64,000 nucleotides of DNA from the NCBI GenBank assembly GCA_028702135.1, contig JAQVPJ010000001.1:94334-158333 (forward strand), given 5' to 3'. Positions 18,147-25,927 of this stretch are shown piece after piece; within the stretch, counting starts at the first letter, position 1, and each line of letters starts with the position of its first letter. Under the pieces are notes generated by a model. It was not told the DNA's origin, did no database searches, and saw nothing but the letters and a program-made list of their open reading frames with translations. Position numbers and translations under genes: made by a program. This stretch comes from Eubacteriales bacterium. GTDB taxonomy: Bacteria > Bacillota > Clostridia > Oscillospirales > CAG-382.

Positions 18147-18730
18147 CTAAAATCTTATATATCCGCTTTTACCATCACGATCTAAACAGTCAATGATCCA
18201 TGCAATACCATAACCAATTGAGAAATTGAGTACATTCCCAACCCAAGTTTGTATTCGTGCTAAAGTAAAAGCTCTCGTGGCCGCATTGGCAGCTTTCCCC
18301 ATAATTTTGTATAAAATTCTGTCCATAGAATTGAAAATCAGTTTGGATATTCCCTTTATTGCTTTTTCATATAATTCTTTAAACCATCGGGAAGTTTTTG
18401 CCCAAGTTACTAATTTCGTTGCTTTGAAAGCAGTAAAGATATACGGTAAAAAACTGTTATAAAGAAATCAAGCGCAACGCCTGACCAAAATGTACTAATG
18501 CTAATTGCCCAAAGTCCTGAAAGATCAATATTCATAACTGGATTGTTTACACAATACGCAAATAAATTTGAACCCAACAGTTCACCTTGAGCAAGCATTA
18601 AAACACTTGCATCATCCGCATTAATAAAGCGACCTATTTCCGGATCATAATATCTCTATTGTAACGAATAGAAGCCCGTCTCTACATCACAATAATACAT
18701 ACGATAACGGTAGGGGTTAAATTTACCGAC
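18147..18730 (-). pseudogene. orphan Rhs/YD-type core-end plus C-terminal toxin cassette, disrupted
   Basis: My reverse-strand translation reads GKFNPYRYRMYYCDVETGFYSLQ*RYYDPEIGRFINADD...NLFAYCVNNPVMNIDLSGL, the Rhs core-end DPxGL-type motif. There is an in-frame TAG at 18656-18658. The frame switches near 18410-18465 into ...WFKELYEKAIKGISKLIFNSMDRILYK...DRDGKSGYIRF*. Confidence 0.7.
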
Positions 18731-18751
18731 AGTCTTTGCAAGGGTTTTAGA

Positions 18752-18870
18752 GGTTGAAAGTAAATTTTTTCATACCGCAAATGAACATACTTTTACACGA
18801 ATATTATAAATTATTTTACATATATTGTCAAGCTGAATAATTCCTGTTGTTTTTGTAATATGTTACAATT
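18752..18870. repeat. copy A of a 119-bp dispersed promoter/leader repeat
   Basis: Ungapped manual alignment with 46024-46142 gives 98/119 identical positions. Confidence 0.85.
18803..18831 (-). promoter_or_regulatory. consensus sigma-A promoter inside repeat copy A
   Basis: On the reverse strand: TTGACA (18831-18826), 17 nt, TATAAT (18808-18803). Confidence 0.65.
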
Positions 18871-18926
18871 TTTCAGAATAGGTTATAACCAAACCGTTAT
18901 GTTGTGCTGAAAAAAGCAAAAAACAC

Positions 18927-18955
18927 TTGACAATTTATACAAATGTCATTATAAT
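18927..18955 (+). promoter_or_regulatory. consensus sigma-A promoter driving the long leader of the fusion-gene operon
   Basis: TTGACA 18927-18932, 17-nt spacer, TATAAT 18950-18955. Confidence 0.7.
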
Positions 18956-18961
18956 CGAACT

Positions 18962-19300
18962 ATCTTAAAAAAAGCATTGAAGGGGAATAAGCATTTGCAG
19001 TTTTGCGCTTTAAGAGAGTCGCCGGTCGGTGCGAGGCGATACGCAGGCATTTCGCGAGCTCGCCCCGGAGCTGTCCGCTGAACACAAGAATCGCATTTTG
19101 TTATGTGATTTGTTGCAAGTAGGCGAGAACGGGTTTCTCACCGTTATCAAAGAGGCGATGTTGACTGACATTGTAACATATGATAATACGACGATACCTT
19201 TTACGGCTCATATTATGCTTAGCAACTTTAAGTATATTTGAACCGGTTTTTTATACTTAATTCAAATTCCCGCTTTCGGTGGTTTTCACCCTCAAGGAAA
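18962..19300 (+). ncRNA. T-box-like 5' leader with a non-canonical 3' part
   Basis: AGAGA at 19013-19017. Helix GUCGCC/GGCGAU encloses GGUCGGUGCGA, which carries the distal-loop GGUGNRA motif. GAA-CAC-A at 19080-19086. AGUAGG at 19118-19123. F-box CCGUUA at 19141-19146. No GGGUGGNACCGCG and no GC-rich terminator were found. Confidence 0.5.
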
Positions 19301-19314
19301 GGTTGGTTATATTT

Positions 19315-21855
19315 ATGAAAATTGCTTTTTCCACATTGGCGTGTCCGGATTTCAGCTTTCCGGAGATATACTCAATGGCGACAGACCTCGGTTTTGACGG
19401 CATTGAGGTCAGAGGCCTGGGCCTTGATATTTTTGACGGAAGGACGCTCCCGTTCTCTGAAAATCAACTACCGCAAACAGTAAAGAAGCTGAAATCCCTG
19501 AATCTTGAGATATCCTGCCTTTCCTCCGGATGCTGCTTGAAATATGCAGATAAGGCGGAAACGAACATTTCCGAAATAAAGAAGTATATAAAGCTTGCAG
19601 GCGTGCTTGGAACTAAGTATATAAGGATTCTCGGCGACCTTAATCCCGCGCCTTCCGATGATGAACAGCCGGTGGACGATGATGTCGTTTATTCACAGCT
19701 CTCGGAGCTTATACCATTTGCGGAACAGAATAATGTAACCCTGCTTGTAGAAACGAACGGGGTTTACAGCGATACGGGACGCCTCAAGGAACTGCTTGAC
19801 CGTCTTAAAAGCGATTATGTCGGCGCGCTCTGGGATGTTCACCATCCTTACAGGTATAAAAACGAAACTCCCGAAAAAACTGTTCAGAATCTCGGTATGT
19901 ATATACGTTATGTGCATGTAAAAGACAGTGTTGTGGTTGACGGTAAGGTAAAATACCGCCTTATGGGCGAGGGCGACCTGCCTGTTTCCGAAATGATTGC
20001 AGCTTTGGCTTCAATTAATTATGTCGGCTATTTGTCGCTCGAATGGGTTAAAAGATGGGCTCCAGATCTTGAGGACGCCGGAATCGTTTTCCCACATTAT
20101 GTAAACTTTATGTCCAAATACACCGGCAAAGGACAATATTCGGGGACTCTCATAAGCAATATGAGGGGCGACGGAAAATATATATGGGAAAAGAACCTGC
20201 TTATCGACCTCACATTTCCTCAGGTACTTGACCGGGTATGCGAGGCTTTTCCGAATCAATATGCTTTCAGATATACCACCTGCGACTACACCCGTACTTA
20301 TGTACAGTTCCGCGACGATGTGGACCGCTTCGCACGCGCTTTGATTTCCATCGGTGTAAAAAGAGGGGATCATGTGGCAATCTGGGCGACAAACGTACCC
20401 GAATGGTTCATAACCTTTTGGGCGACTACAAAGATCGGTGCGGTTTTGGTTACGGTCAACACCGCTTATAAAATTTACGAAGCGGAATACCTTTTGCGCC
20501 AGTCCGATACCCATACCCTCGTTATGATAGACGGTTATAAGGACAGCGATTATGTTTCTATTATTAAAGAACTCTGCCCTGAGCTTGAAAATACAGAGCC
20601 GGGAAAACCTCTGTATTCAAAGCGTTTACCGTTTCTGCGCAATATAATTACCGTAACCAGCAAGCAAAAAGGATGCTTAACCTGGGATGAGGCGATGGAA
20701 TATGCCGAAAAAACCCCGATTGAGGAGGTTCACCGCAGGGCTGCTTCCATAGGTAAATTCGATGTCTGCAATATGCAGTATACCTCCGGAACTACCGGAT
20801 TTCCGAAGGGTGTTATGCTCACGCATTACAATGTAGTAAACAACGGCAAATCCATAGGCGATGGTATGGATTTAAGCACTGCCGACAGAATGATGATTCA
20901 GGTGCCGATGTTCCATTGCTTTGGAATGGTGCTTTCCATGACGGCGTGTATGACACACGGTACGACTATGTCGCCAATACCGTATTTCAGAACTAAGGAT
21001 TCGCTCGAATGTATAAACAAGGAAAAGATAACTGCGTTCAACGGTGTTCCAACAATGTTTATCGCAATGATGGAGCATGAGGATTTTGAAAAGACAGATT
21101 TTTCTCACATAAGGACCGGCATAATGGCAGGCTCTCCCTGCCCCGTCAAGGTAATGCAGGATGTTGTCGATAAGATGAATATGACTGAAATCACTATAGT
21201 TTACGGACAGACCGAATCCTCTCCCGGTGATACTATGAGCACAACTACCGACAGCGTAGAGGTTCGGGTAAACACAGTAGGAAAAGCGATGTTCGGGGTG
21301 GAGTGCAGGATAGTCGATCCCGAAACGGGGAAGGTTCTGCCCGACAACACAGACGGCGAGCTTGTTGCAAGAGGATATAATATTATGAAAGGCTATTATA
21401 AAATGCCCCAGGCAACGGCAAACGCAATCGATGCCGATGGCTGGCTCCACACCGGGGATCTTGCGCGCAGGGACGAAAACGGTTATTATAAGATTACCGG
21501 CAGGATAAAGGATATGATAATCCGCGGAGGCGAGAACATTTATCCAAAGGAGATAGAGGATTTTATATACACGCATCCAAAGGTAAGAGATGTTCAGGTT
21601 ATAGGCGTTCCCGACAAACAATACGGCGAGGAGATTATGGCCTGTGTCATTCTGAGGGAAGGACAGACGATGACAGAGGACGAACTCAAGGATTATGTCC
21701 GCACTCATATGGCAAAGCATAAAACTCCGCGTTATGTTGATTTTGTAGCCGAGTTCCCCATGAATGCGGCGGGTAAAATACTGAAGTATAAAATGCGTGA
21801 AAACGCCGTTGAAAAGTTAGGTTTGCAGACGGAGAGCAAAATAGTTACCGCTTAG
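19315..21855 (+). CDS. fusion protein: N-terminal sugar-phosphate isomerase/epimerase-type TIM barrel, C-terminal AMP-forming acyl-CoA ligase
   Basis: Track ORF starts at GTG 19279; I prefer ATG 19315 (MKIAFSTLACPDF). TIM-barrel motifs: LVETN, WDVHH, VHVKD, SLEW. Ligase motifs: YTSGTTGFPKGV, GWLHTGD, RGGENIYPKEIE, GKILK. Confidence 0.8.
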   Translation: MKIAFSTLACPDFSFPEIYSMATDLGFDGIEVRGLGLDIFDGRTLPFSENQLPQTVKKLKSLNLEISCLSSGCCLKYADKAETNISEIKKYIKLAGVLGTKYIRILGDLNPAPSDDEQPVDDDVVYSQLSELIPFAEQNNVTLLVETNGVYSDTGRLKELLDRLKSDYVGALWDVHHPYRYKNETPEKTVQNLGMYIRYVHVKDSVVVDGKVKYRLMGEGDLPVSEMIAALASINYVGYLSLEWVKRWAPDLEDAGIVFPHYVNFMSKYTGKGQYSGTLISNMRGDGKYIWEKNLLIDLTFPQVLDRVCEAFPNQYAFRYTTCDYTRTYVQFRDDVDRFARALISIGVKRGDHVAIWATNVPEWFITFWATTKIGAVLVTVNTAYKIYEAEYLLRQSDTHTLVMIDGYKDSDYVSIIKELCPELENTEPGKPLYSKRLPFLRNIITVTSKQKGCLTWDEAMEYAEKTPIEEVHRRAASIGKFDVCNMQYTSGTTGFPKGVMLTHYNVVNNGKSIGDGMDLSTADRMMIQVPMFHCFGMVLSMTACMTHGTTMSPIPYFRTKDSLECINKEKITAFNGVPTMFIAMMEHEDFEKTDFSHIRTGIMAGSPCPVKVMQDVVDKMNMTEITIVYGQTESSPGDTMSTTTDSVEVRVNTVGKAMFGVECRIVDPETGKVLPDNTDGELVARGYNIMKGYYKMPQATANAIDADGWLHTGDLARRDENGYYKITGRIKDMIIRGGENIYPKEIEDFIYTHPKVRDVQVIGVPDKQYGEEIMACVILREGQTMTEDELKDYVRTHMAKHKTPRYVDFVAEFPMNAAGKILKYKMRENAVEKLGLQTESKIVTA

Positions 21856-21915
21856 AAAAATCGGAGAGGATTTTGCTTTAAAACTTTGATTGATGAATAG
21901 TGATAGGGTGATGTA

Positions 21916-22848
21916 ATGAAGATTCTAATCATAAACGGGCCGAATTTGAACCTGCTCGGTCTGAGAGAACCTGCTGTTTACGGCAGCAGAACATATTCGG
22001 ATTTATGCACTTTCATCGGGGATGTGTGCGTAGAGCATAATATTGAGTATAAGCTGTTTCAATCTAACAGTGAGAGCGCTATTATTGATGAGATTCAAGC
22101 TGCATACGGCGTTTTTGACGGTATTGTCATCAATCCTGCGGCTTATACTCATACGAGTATCGCCATTCCCGACGCTATCAAAGCGGTTGGAGTTCCGGCG
22201 ATAGAGGTACATATTTCTAATATATACGAAAGAGAGGAGTACAGGCATCGGTCCTTTACCTCTCAGGCCTGTATCACAACGATCTATGGGCTTGGTTTCG
22301 ATGGTTACAAAAATGCGCTTATTTTACTGAAGGATTATTTGACAAAGGGCATAAAGCCCGAACAGGGAAAAGCGCCGGACGGCAGGAAAATTGCCGGATT
22401 TTTAAAAGTGAGCAGGCAGAATTACCAGCCTGCAGAGCATTACGGGGATATAAAGCTTCCGCTAAGAGCGACTGAAGGTTCCGCTGGTTATGATTTTTTC
22501 GCACCTTATGACATAGCGCTTGAACCGCACCAGACGGTTACTGTTCCCACGGGTATCCGTGCAAGGATAGACAAAGGCTGGGTGTTGATGATTTTTCCAC
22601 GCTCCGGGCTTGGATTCAAGTACCGTCTTATGCTTAACAATACAGTCGGCATAATTGATTCGGATTATTTTTATTCCGATAACGAAGGCCATATTTTTAT
22701 TCGTTTTACCAATGGTGACTCTCCTCTTTGCATAAGAAAAGGCGATGCTTTCGCTCAGGGTGTTTTCGTTCCGTATGGTATAACGTCGGATGACTGCACC
22801 GATGCGGTCCGCAACGGCGGCTTCGGGAGTACAGATATAAAAAAGTAA
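21916..22848 (+). CDS. fusion protein: type II 3-dehydroquinate dehydratase (N-terminal) and trimeric dUTPase (C-terminal)
   Basis: 310 aa. N-terminal part: MKILIINGPNLNLLGLREPAVYG, NPAAYTHTSIAIPDA, EVHISN. C-terminal part: AGYD, PRSG, GIIDSDY, KGDAFAQ, GGFGST. Confidence 0.8.
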   Translation: MKILIINGPNLNLLGLREPAVYGSRTYSDLCTFIGDVCVEHNIEYKLFQSNSESAIIDEIQAAYGVFDGIVINPAAYTHTSIAIPDAIKAVGVPAIEVHISNIYEREEYRHRSFTSQACITTIYGLGFDGYKNALILLKDYLTKGIKPEQGKAPDGRKIAGFLKVSRQNYQPAEHYGDIKLPLRATEGSAGYDFFAPYDIALEPHQTVTVPTGIRARIDKGWVLMIFPRSGLGFKYRLMLNNTVGIIDSDYFYSDNEGHIFIRFTNGDSPLCIRKGDAFAQGVFVPYGITSDDCTDAVRNGGFGSTDIKK

Positions 22849-22861
22849 ACGCTTACTATTA

Positions 22862-22891
22862 AAAAACGTCTGCTCGTTTGCAGACGTTTTT
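22862..22891. terminator. bidirectional rho-independent terminator
   Basis: AAAAACGTCTGC-tcgttt-GCAGACGTTTTT. Confidence 0.8.
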
Positions 22892-22905
22892 GTTATTTGC
22901 TGTAA

Positions 22906-23382
22906 TTATGCCTGGATATCCAGTATACCTTCCTGCTTTTCACCGCTCAAAAATTTCCCGTATCGTTTTTTACCGGAGTTTCTGTCCTTTCCTTGATTAT
23001 CCTCATCCTGAGAATAATATTCAAAATAATCGTTGCTTACGGTGGACAATGCTATGAGTCTGCTGAAAATTCCGGACAAACCGGTAGTGCCGGTAACTAA
23101 GCTGCTTATTGGTTTTTCCGAGGAATCGATCAGCCTTTTGTAATAATCGGACTGGCTCAGTTTAAGGTTGCTTTTCGCATATGCAGCGACATTTCCGATA
23201 GCATAAAATTCGGTTGATACTGTTTTGTCCACAGCGTCGAAAGCACTTGCAAGGCTTGAAATATTATAGGAATCCTTTATTGCCGATACCGCACTTTTTT
23301 CGGTGCCCGGATCGCCTTTTGTGTTTTGGTACTCATATACCTTATAATAATATGACGCTTGATTTGAAACCGAAATGCCCAA
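22906..23382 (-). CDS. hypothetical protein
   Basis: 158 aa. TTG start with AAGGAGGG 8 nt upstream. No recognisable domain. Confidence 0.45.
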   Translation of the reverse strand: MGISVSNQASYYYKVYEYQNTKGDPGTEKSAVSAIKDSYNISSLASAFDAVDKTVSTEFYAIGNVAAYAKSNLKLSQSDYYKRLIDSSEKPISSLVTGTTGLSGIFSRLIALSTVSNDYFEYYSQDEDNQGKDRNSGKKRYGKFLSGEKQEGILDIQA

Positions 23383-23583
23383 GTTTATCCCTCCTTAAGA
23401 GCAGACTTTCACCTGTTCGCATTATATATCGGCGGATTTTACGGAATGATTAGCTATAAACATAAAATTTAGAAAATTTATCGCATAAATCTCCTTAATA
23501 AACAATCAAACAATGTATTTGTCTTAAATTTTTACCAAATATTTTTCACCTGACGTAAAAAGAACAAAATTATATATTCAGCC

Positions 23584-23590
23584 TTCGACA
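23584..23590 (-). promoter_or_regulatory. candidate Spo0A box upstream of spoIIE
   Basis: The reverse complement reads TGTCGAA, matching the 0A-box TGNCGAA. It is a single 7-mer, so the evidence is weak. Confidence 0.3.
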
Positions 23591-23728
23591 AGGACATCCC
23601 CGCAGCAGGGGATATAATGATTTCCCGGCTTGAAAATGCAGTAGAGCTAATTAAGAAATGCATTTATACAGGCAGCCCGTGCGGAAAAAACAGATTCCGC
23701 TGACGGGGATGTTCATAATGCGAAAGGA

Positions 23729-25927
23729 ATGGATAAAAGCATGGATACCGCTATCTCAGGAAAAAAAGTCAGGATTACAAAAAAGAATCTGCTCGCCTTC
23801 GTCGTCTCATTTGCATTCTCGATGAGCCCGCTAACTGCGGGAGTTTACCCATTCGGAATAAGCCTGCTGATAGCCTCAGCAAAAGAACGCACTTTTCTCC
23901 TTTACGGTCATCTGCTCTCAATCGCACTGACCGGCAGCAGCAAACTTCTGCCGGCGTGCCTTGCGTTGTTTATCTTTTTTGCCGCCCGCGCTTATGAAAA
24001 GGAAAAACCCTGTCCGCTGCATCTTAAGCTGATATTTGCTATCGTCAGCTCCATTTTACACGGTGCGAAAATTATTATCGACGGTATAACGGTATTTCCC
24101 GAAGCTTTAATGTTAATATCAACAATAATATCCATACCTTTGTTTACCTTCCTTTTTTCTGTCTGCCTTGATAAAAGAAACGGAGTATTTTCGAAACCGG
24201 TAATCGACTATTTCCGACTTGCGTTCGCGCTCCCAATCACGAAATTCTTTGGACTTTTTATAATAGCAGGCGTTCCGCTTTCCCTTTTCGCAGGTGCGTT
24301 GATAACATTGATTATCTCCAAAACCAAAGGTTTTCTGCTCGGAGGATTATTTGGTTTTGTATGTGGTATTGCCTGCAATGTTCCGGCGATAGCGGCGCTC
24401 GGTATACTCGGGATTACATACGGGCTTTTAGTTCCGAACAGCCCCGTCGCCGCCTCGATTCTGTCATTTATGTTATCGCTTTCCGGCTACGCATACCTTT
24501 CCGATTTCGCTCCCGTATTCGTACCGGGCGGAATGCTGCTGGCTGCTATTCTGGTCTTTATACCCGTAAGTAAGCTGCTCTCAAATATGGAAACAGGGTT
24601 TACACAATCTGTTCTGCCGTTATCAAGGGATATTAAGCTAAAAAAACTCGCCTCAGCTTTTTCCGCGCTTTCCGGAGTGTTTTTCACTATCAGCGACAGC
24701 GCAGCGGTCAGCAGTATTACCAAGACAAGCCGCAGTATCCGTAAAAACGTGGAGATGTACTGTGATCGATGCAAGGGCTGTAAACTGGATCGGAATGATT
24801 TTTGCAACCATCTCACAACCGAGATGAGATGCAAGGGAATGGTCAGCAGTGAAAACCTGCCTCTGCATATAAAGCAGGGCTGCGCACACGCTGAGCAGAT
24901 AATCCGTTCTGTAAACAAGCTTGCCGTTATGAAGGACGAGGAATGCGAAAAAGGCTTAAGGACGATGGCTGAGGAATATTATGCTTTTTCGTCTCTTTTG
25001 AATACCGCCGCGAAGAAGCAGGAGGACAACATTGTCGAGGATAGGCAGCTTGCCAAGGAGATAAAAAATGTACTTTTCCAAAACAAAATAACCTGCGACA
25101 GAGTTCGCGTAGTTGGAATGCGGCAAAAGGTTGTTGAGGTTTTTGGTATAAAGCCTGATAAAATGGAAATCTCGTCAAATCGGCTAACGGCGATTTTATC
25201 CGATGCCGCACGAATAAAACTATCTATGCCTGAGTTTATTATCAACGATGATTATGTTATTTTGAGGATGACAACCCTGCCTAAGCTGCATATCGAGTAT
25301 GCGAAAACCACGCTTGCCAAAAACGGAGAACCTGTCTGTGGCGATACCGTCAGTTTTTTTGAAAACGAAGATAAGTATTTTTACAGCCTTATCTCAGACG
25401 GGATGGGTAGCGGAAGGGATGCGTCTCTTACCTCCCGGCTTTCTGCTATCATGCTCGAAAAGCTGCTTACTATCGGTGCGGAGAAAAAAGTTGCTCTGCA
25501 AATGGTAAACAAGATGCTTACTCAAAAAAACGAGGAGGTGTTTGCAACCATAGACCTGCTTGAAGTCGACAGAATCACAGCGCAAGCCACTCTTTTCAAA
25601 GTCGGTGCAGCTCCGACATTTTTAGTCCGGGGCAACGAGTGTCACAGAATAGAGGCAAAAACTCCGCCCGCAGGAATAATGAAGGAGGTTATTGCCGAGA
25701 AAATCAGCATTACTCTGCGCAAGGGTGATTATATTATCATGGTTTCCGACGGTGTTGTTCAAACCGATACCGAATTTTTCGATATTGTACCCTTAATAAA
25801 AAGCGGGTGCTGTAAAAGCGCACACACAATGGCGGCGCGAATACTTGAAGAGGCGAGGAACTGCGCAGGGTATTCCGACGATATTTCCGAAGATGACATG
25901 TCGGTATGTGCGATGAGATTTTATTGA
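23729..25927 (+). CDS. spoIIE: stage II sporulation protein E (PP2C phosphatase with a polytopic N-terminal domain)
   Basis: 732 aa, about 10 N-terminal TM helices. The C-terminal PP2C region contains YSLISDGMGSGRDAS and SDDISEDDMSV. Confidence 0.85.
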   Translation: MDKSMDTAISGKKVRITKKNLLAFVVSFAFSMSPLTAGVYPFGISLLIASAKERTFLLYGHLLSIALTGSSKLLPACLALFIFFAARAYEKEKPCPLHLKLIFAIVSSILHGAKIIIDGITVFPEALMLISTIISIPLFTFLFSVCLDKRNGVFSKPVIDYFRLAFALPITKFFGLFIIAGVPLSLFAGALITLIISKTKGFLLGGLFGFVCGIACNVPAIAALGILGITYGLLVPNSPVAASILSFMLSLSGYAYLSDFAPVFVPGGMLLAAILVFIPVSKLLSNMETGFTQSVLPLSRDIKLKKLASAFSALSGVFFTISDSAAVSSITKTSRSIRKNVEMYCDRCKGCKLDRNDFCNHLTTEMRCKGMVSSENLPLHIKQGCAHAEQIIRSVNKLAVMKDEECEKGLRTMAEEYYAFSSLLNTAAKKQEDNIVEDRQLAKEIKNVLFQNKITCDRVRVVGMRQKVVEVFGIKPDKMEISSNRLTAILSDAARIKLSMPEFIINDDYVILRMTTLPKLHIEYAKTTLAKNGEPVCGDTVSFFENEDKYFYSLISDGMGSGRDASLTSRLSAIMLEKLLTIGAEKKVALQMVNKMLTQKNEEVFATIDLLEVDRITAQATLFKVGAAPTFLVRGNECHRIEAKTPPAGIMKEVIAEKISITLRKGDYIIMVSDGVVQTDTEFFDIVPLIKSGCCKSAHTMAARILEEARNCAGYSDDISEDDMSVCAMRFY

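Noticed and set aside
19029-19241. 70-aa ORF (GTG start) inside the long leader upstream of the fusion gene
   Set aside because: It has no RBS and overlaps the Stem I, AGUA and F-box motif series. Its composition is typical of translated structured RNA. I treat it as non-coding leader.
19243-19256. AACCGGTT followed by a T-run as the terminator of the T-box-like leader
   Set aside because: The palindrome has no loop (4+4 nt) and cannot form a stable hairpin. Only weak AU-rich alternative hairpins are present, so no intrinsic terminator is claimed.
20872-21720. Long antisense ORFs inside confident genes. Examples: 20872..21720 (-), 8770..9423 (-), 34985..35701 (+), 61193..62053 (+), 48219..48755 (-), 33414..33989 (+)
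   Set aside because: These are shadow frames opposite strongly supported CDSs (acyl-CoA ligase, lepB, valS, oxidoreductase, tmcAL). They have no RBS and odd composition rich in R, C and stop-adjacent codons.
23596-23720. Recurring GGGGAT/ATCCCC hexamers and an ATCCCCgcagcaGGGGAT hairpin upstream of spoIIE as a regulatory array
   Set aside because: The hexamers are short, I know of no matching regulator consensus, and three hits in 130 nt of GC-normal DNA is not compelling. Only the single 0A-box-like 7-mer is listed, at low confidence.
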